A stretch of DNA of 63,798 nt, counting the filler, from Pelomyxa schiedti (Eukaryota; Protista; Evosea): NCBI GenBank assembly GCA_020536535.1. It is 10 parts of 10 records of this genome, joined end to end, with 100 filler letters (N's around TTAATTAATTAA, not from the genome) between each part and the next. Parts side by side here need not be neighbours in the genome. Positions count along the whole stretch, not along the records: positions 62,357 to 63,798 come from JAHLWZ010002502.1; 9 more parts are not named here. One strand, given 5' to 3'. Of this stretch, positions 62,476-63,798 are shown in pieces. The stretch's first letter is position 1. Every line of letters begins with the position of its first letter. The notes beneath the pieces are model-generated. The model was not told the origin of the DNA and made no database searches. It saw nothing but the letters and a program-made list of their open reading frames with translations. A program made the translations under genes and the position numbers.

Positions 62476-62898
62476 CAGACCTTCACATAGACCCCTGAGC
62501 ACAGCGACGCATTCCTTCCTGTTGTTCCTTGTTTTCCTGGTCTTGATGATCCAGTCGATGCACCTGGCGCTCCCTGCCGCGGCCGCCATCTGCAACGCGA
62601 AGTACCGCGACGTCTTGCGCATCCCGCAGCCCAGGTACGCGTCGTCGACCTCCTCGCCTCGGTCCGCGAGCAGCGCGCAGGCCCTGGGCACCAGGGGGAA
62701 CAGCGCGTCCGCGAGGCGCGCGACCGTCAGGCACTGCTTGGGCACAAGGGGCACCCCGCGGTTGTGGGACCGCTGCACGACGGCGGGCTCGACGACTTGC
62801 TCCCACACGACGCGCGACACCGTCATCGTCCACGAGATCGCCCGCCGGCGTTCCTCGTCGATCTCAAACTTGGAGGAGGTGGTGCATGGTTGGGTCAT
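62476..62898 (-). CDS. Orphan family B, first exon
   Basis: MTVSRVVWEQVV...LFPLVPRAC...CIDWII...NNRKECVAVLRGLCE is clearly paralogous to 42136-42530. Confidence 0.7.
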
Positions 62899-62954
62899 TT
62901 CGTTTGGCAACGTAAAACGATTTTTAATTTTGTTCTGATAACGGAAAGGCCTTG

Positions 62955-63798
62955 TCATGTATTGGTATTTGGAAGTGGCGGTGTTGGTTGCTTTCCCGAC
63001 AGTACGGCTGTAAGTAGTAATGAGGTATTTACAATAAATAGAATGAATAGGAAGATTACCTCCTGGCACTTGTGTTGGTTCAACAACAGCTCCTTGTGGT
63101 TCGTTGTTGCTATTAGAGTATTGCTGTTGTTGTTGTTGTCCGTGTTCTGGTTCCTGTTTGCTGCGCCTACTTGATGCAGCTGTGATTGTAGAAGACAACG
63201 GTGTTGCCACGGCTCTCCTGAATACTATCTTCTTTGTGGTGTGCCCAAAGTAGTTGGCGTCTGGGTCATTTGTTATTCCTGCTGATGCCACCTGTGACTG
63301 TGATTGAGACTGTGATTGTGGTTGCTGTGTATGCAATTGTGTTGCTGAGGCACCACCATCCAATCCAAGTGATGAACCCTCATCGTTGCTGTTGCTGTTG
63401 GCGCCAATGGCGCCCACGCCTCCTGGTGGCTGGGGTGATGACACCGACGACGAAGACGGAATGTGGCCACTGTTTGTGGTGTGATTGTGGTGGTTGTGTG
63501 AGAACAGCACGTTGGTTCCGACAGTGTCCTCGTAGTGTCCAACAAACACCATGTCGTCCAGCTTGAGCACTGGTCGCTCTGTCTCCAGTCCCTGTATGTG
63601 TGTTGTGTGTTGTGTGTTGTGTGTTGTGTGTTGTGTGTTGTGTGTTGTGTGTTGTGTGTTGTGTGTTGTGTGTTGTGTGTTGTTTGTTGTTTGTTGTTTG
63701 TTGTTTGTGCCAAACTGAAACGCGGGGTTGTTTGGGCATAGAGGTTGGTGGCACACACAACACAAAGCACACACAACAACGGCGTCATCGTCGTCGTG
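62955..63798 (-). CDS. TFIIIC subunit 6-like protein, 5' truncated
   Basis: GLETERPVLKLDDMVFVGHYEDTVGTNVLF...YFGHTTKKIVFRR resembles the TFIIIC_sub6 domain. Exon 63060-63591, last exon ending at TGA 62955-62957. Confidence 0.7.
63597..63710. repeat. (TGTGTTG)n grading into (TGTTTGT)n intronic microsatellite
   Basis: Seen directly. Confidence 0.95.

Noticed and set aside
62305-63774. 489-aa ORF as one protein
   Set aside because: It reads through microsatellite introns and merges two genes (TFIIIC-like and family B).

Overview
This is eukaryotic, intron-rich genomic DNA. Introns are mostly about 40-60 nt GT-AG with a CTAAC/CTGAC-like branch point close to the acceptor. The window is not contiguous: nine N-TTAATTAATTAA-N spacers join about 10 separate contigs, and four plain 100-N scaffold gaps also occur. 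Gene content and style suggest an amoebozoan, possibly a Pelomyxa-like archamoeba (inference only). Recognisable genes, spliced by hand: prolidase, Sam50, an F-box protein, Rab-like genes, a 7TM-TKL kinase, a T4 Rnl1-type RNA ligase with a DUF3268-like Zn finger, a beta-trefoil protein, several kinases (plain, Sel1-kinase, ankyrin-Ubl-TKL), a TFIIIC subunit-6-like gene and tRNA-Ala(UGC). About nine copies or fragments of an intronless orphan family are present. Mobile DNA includes a Sola-like transposase, a pogo remnant, a MITE family and a Ty3/gypsy 5' half. The most striking items are two independent F-box + Hint/Vint fusion genes (Rho-F-box-Hint and WWE-F-box-Hint), the RNA ligase-Zn finger fusion, the 7TM-TKL fusion, and a gypsy element whose gag and pro frames appear to be joined by a spliceosomal intron. 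All domain calls come from motif recognition, not database searches.
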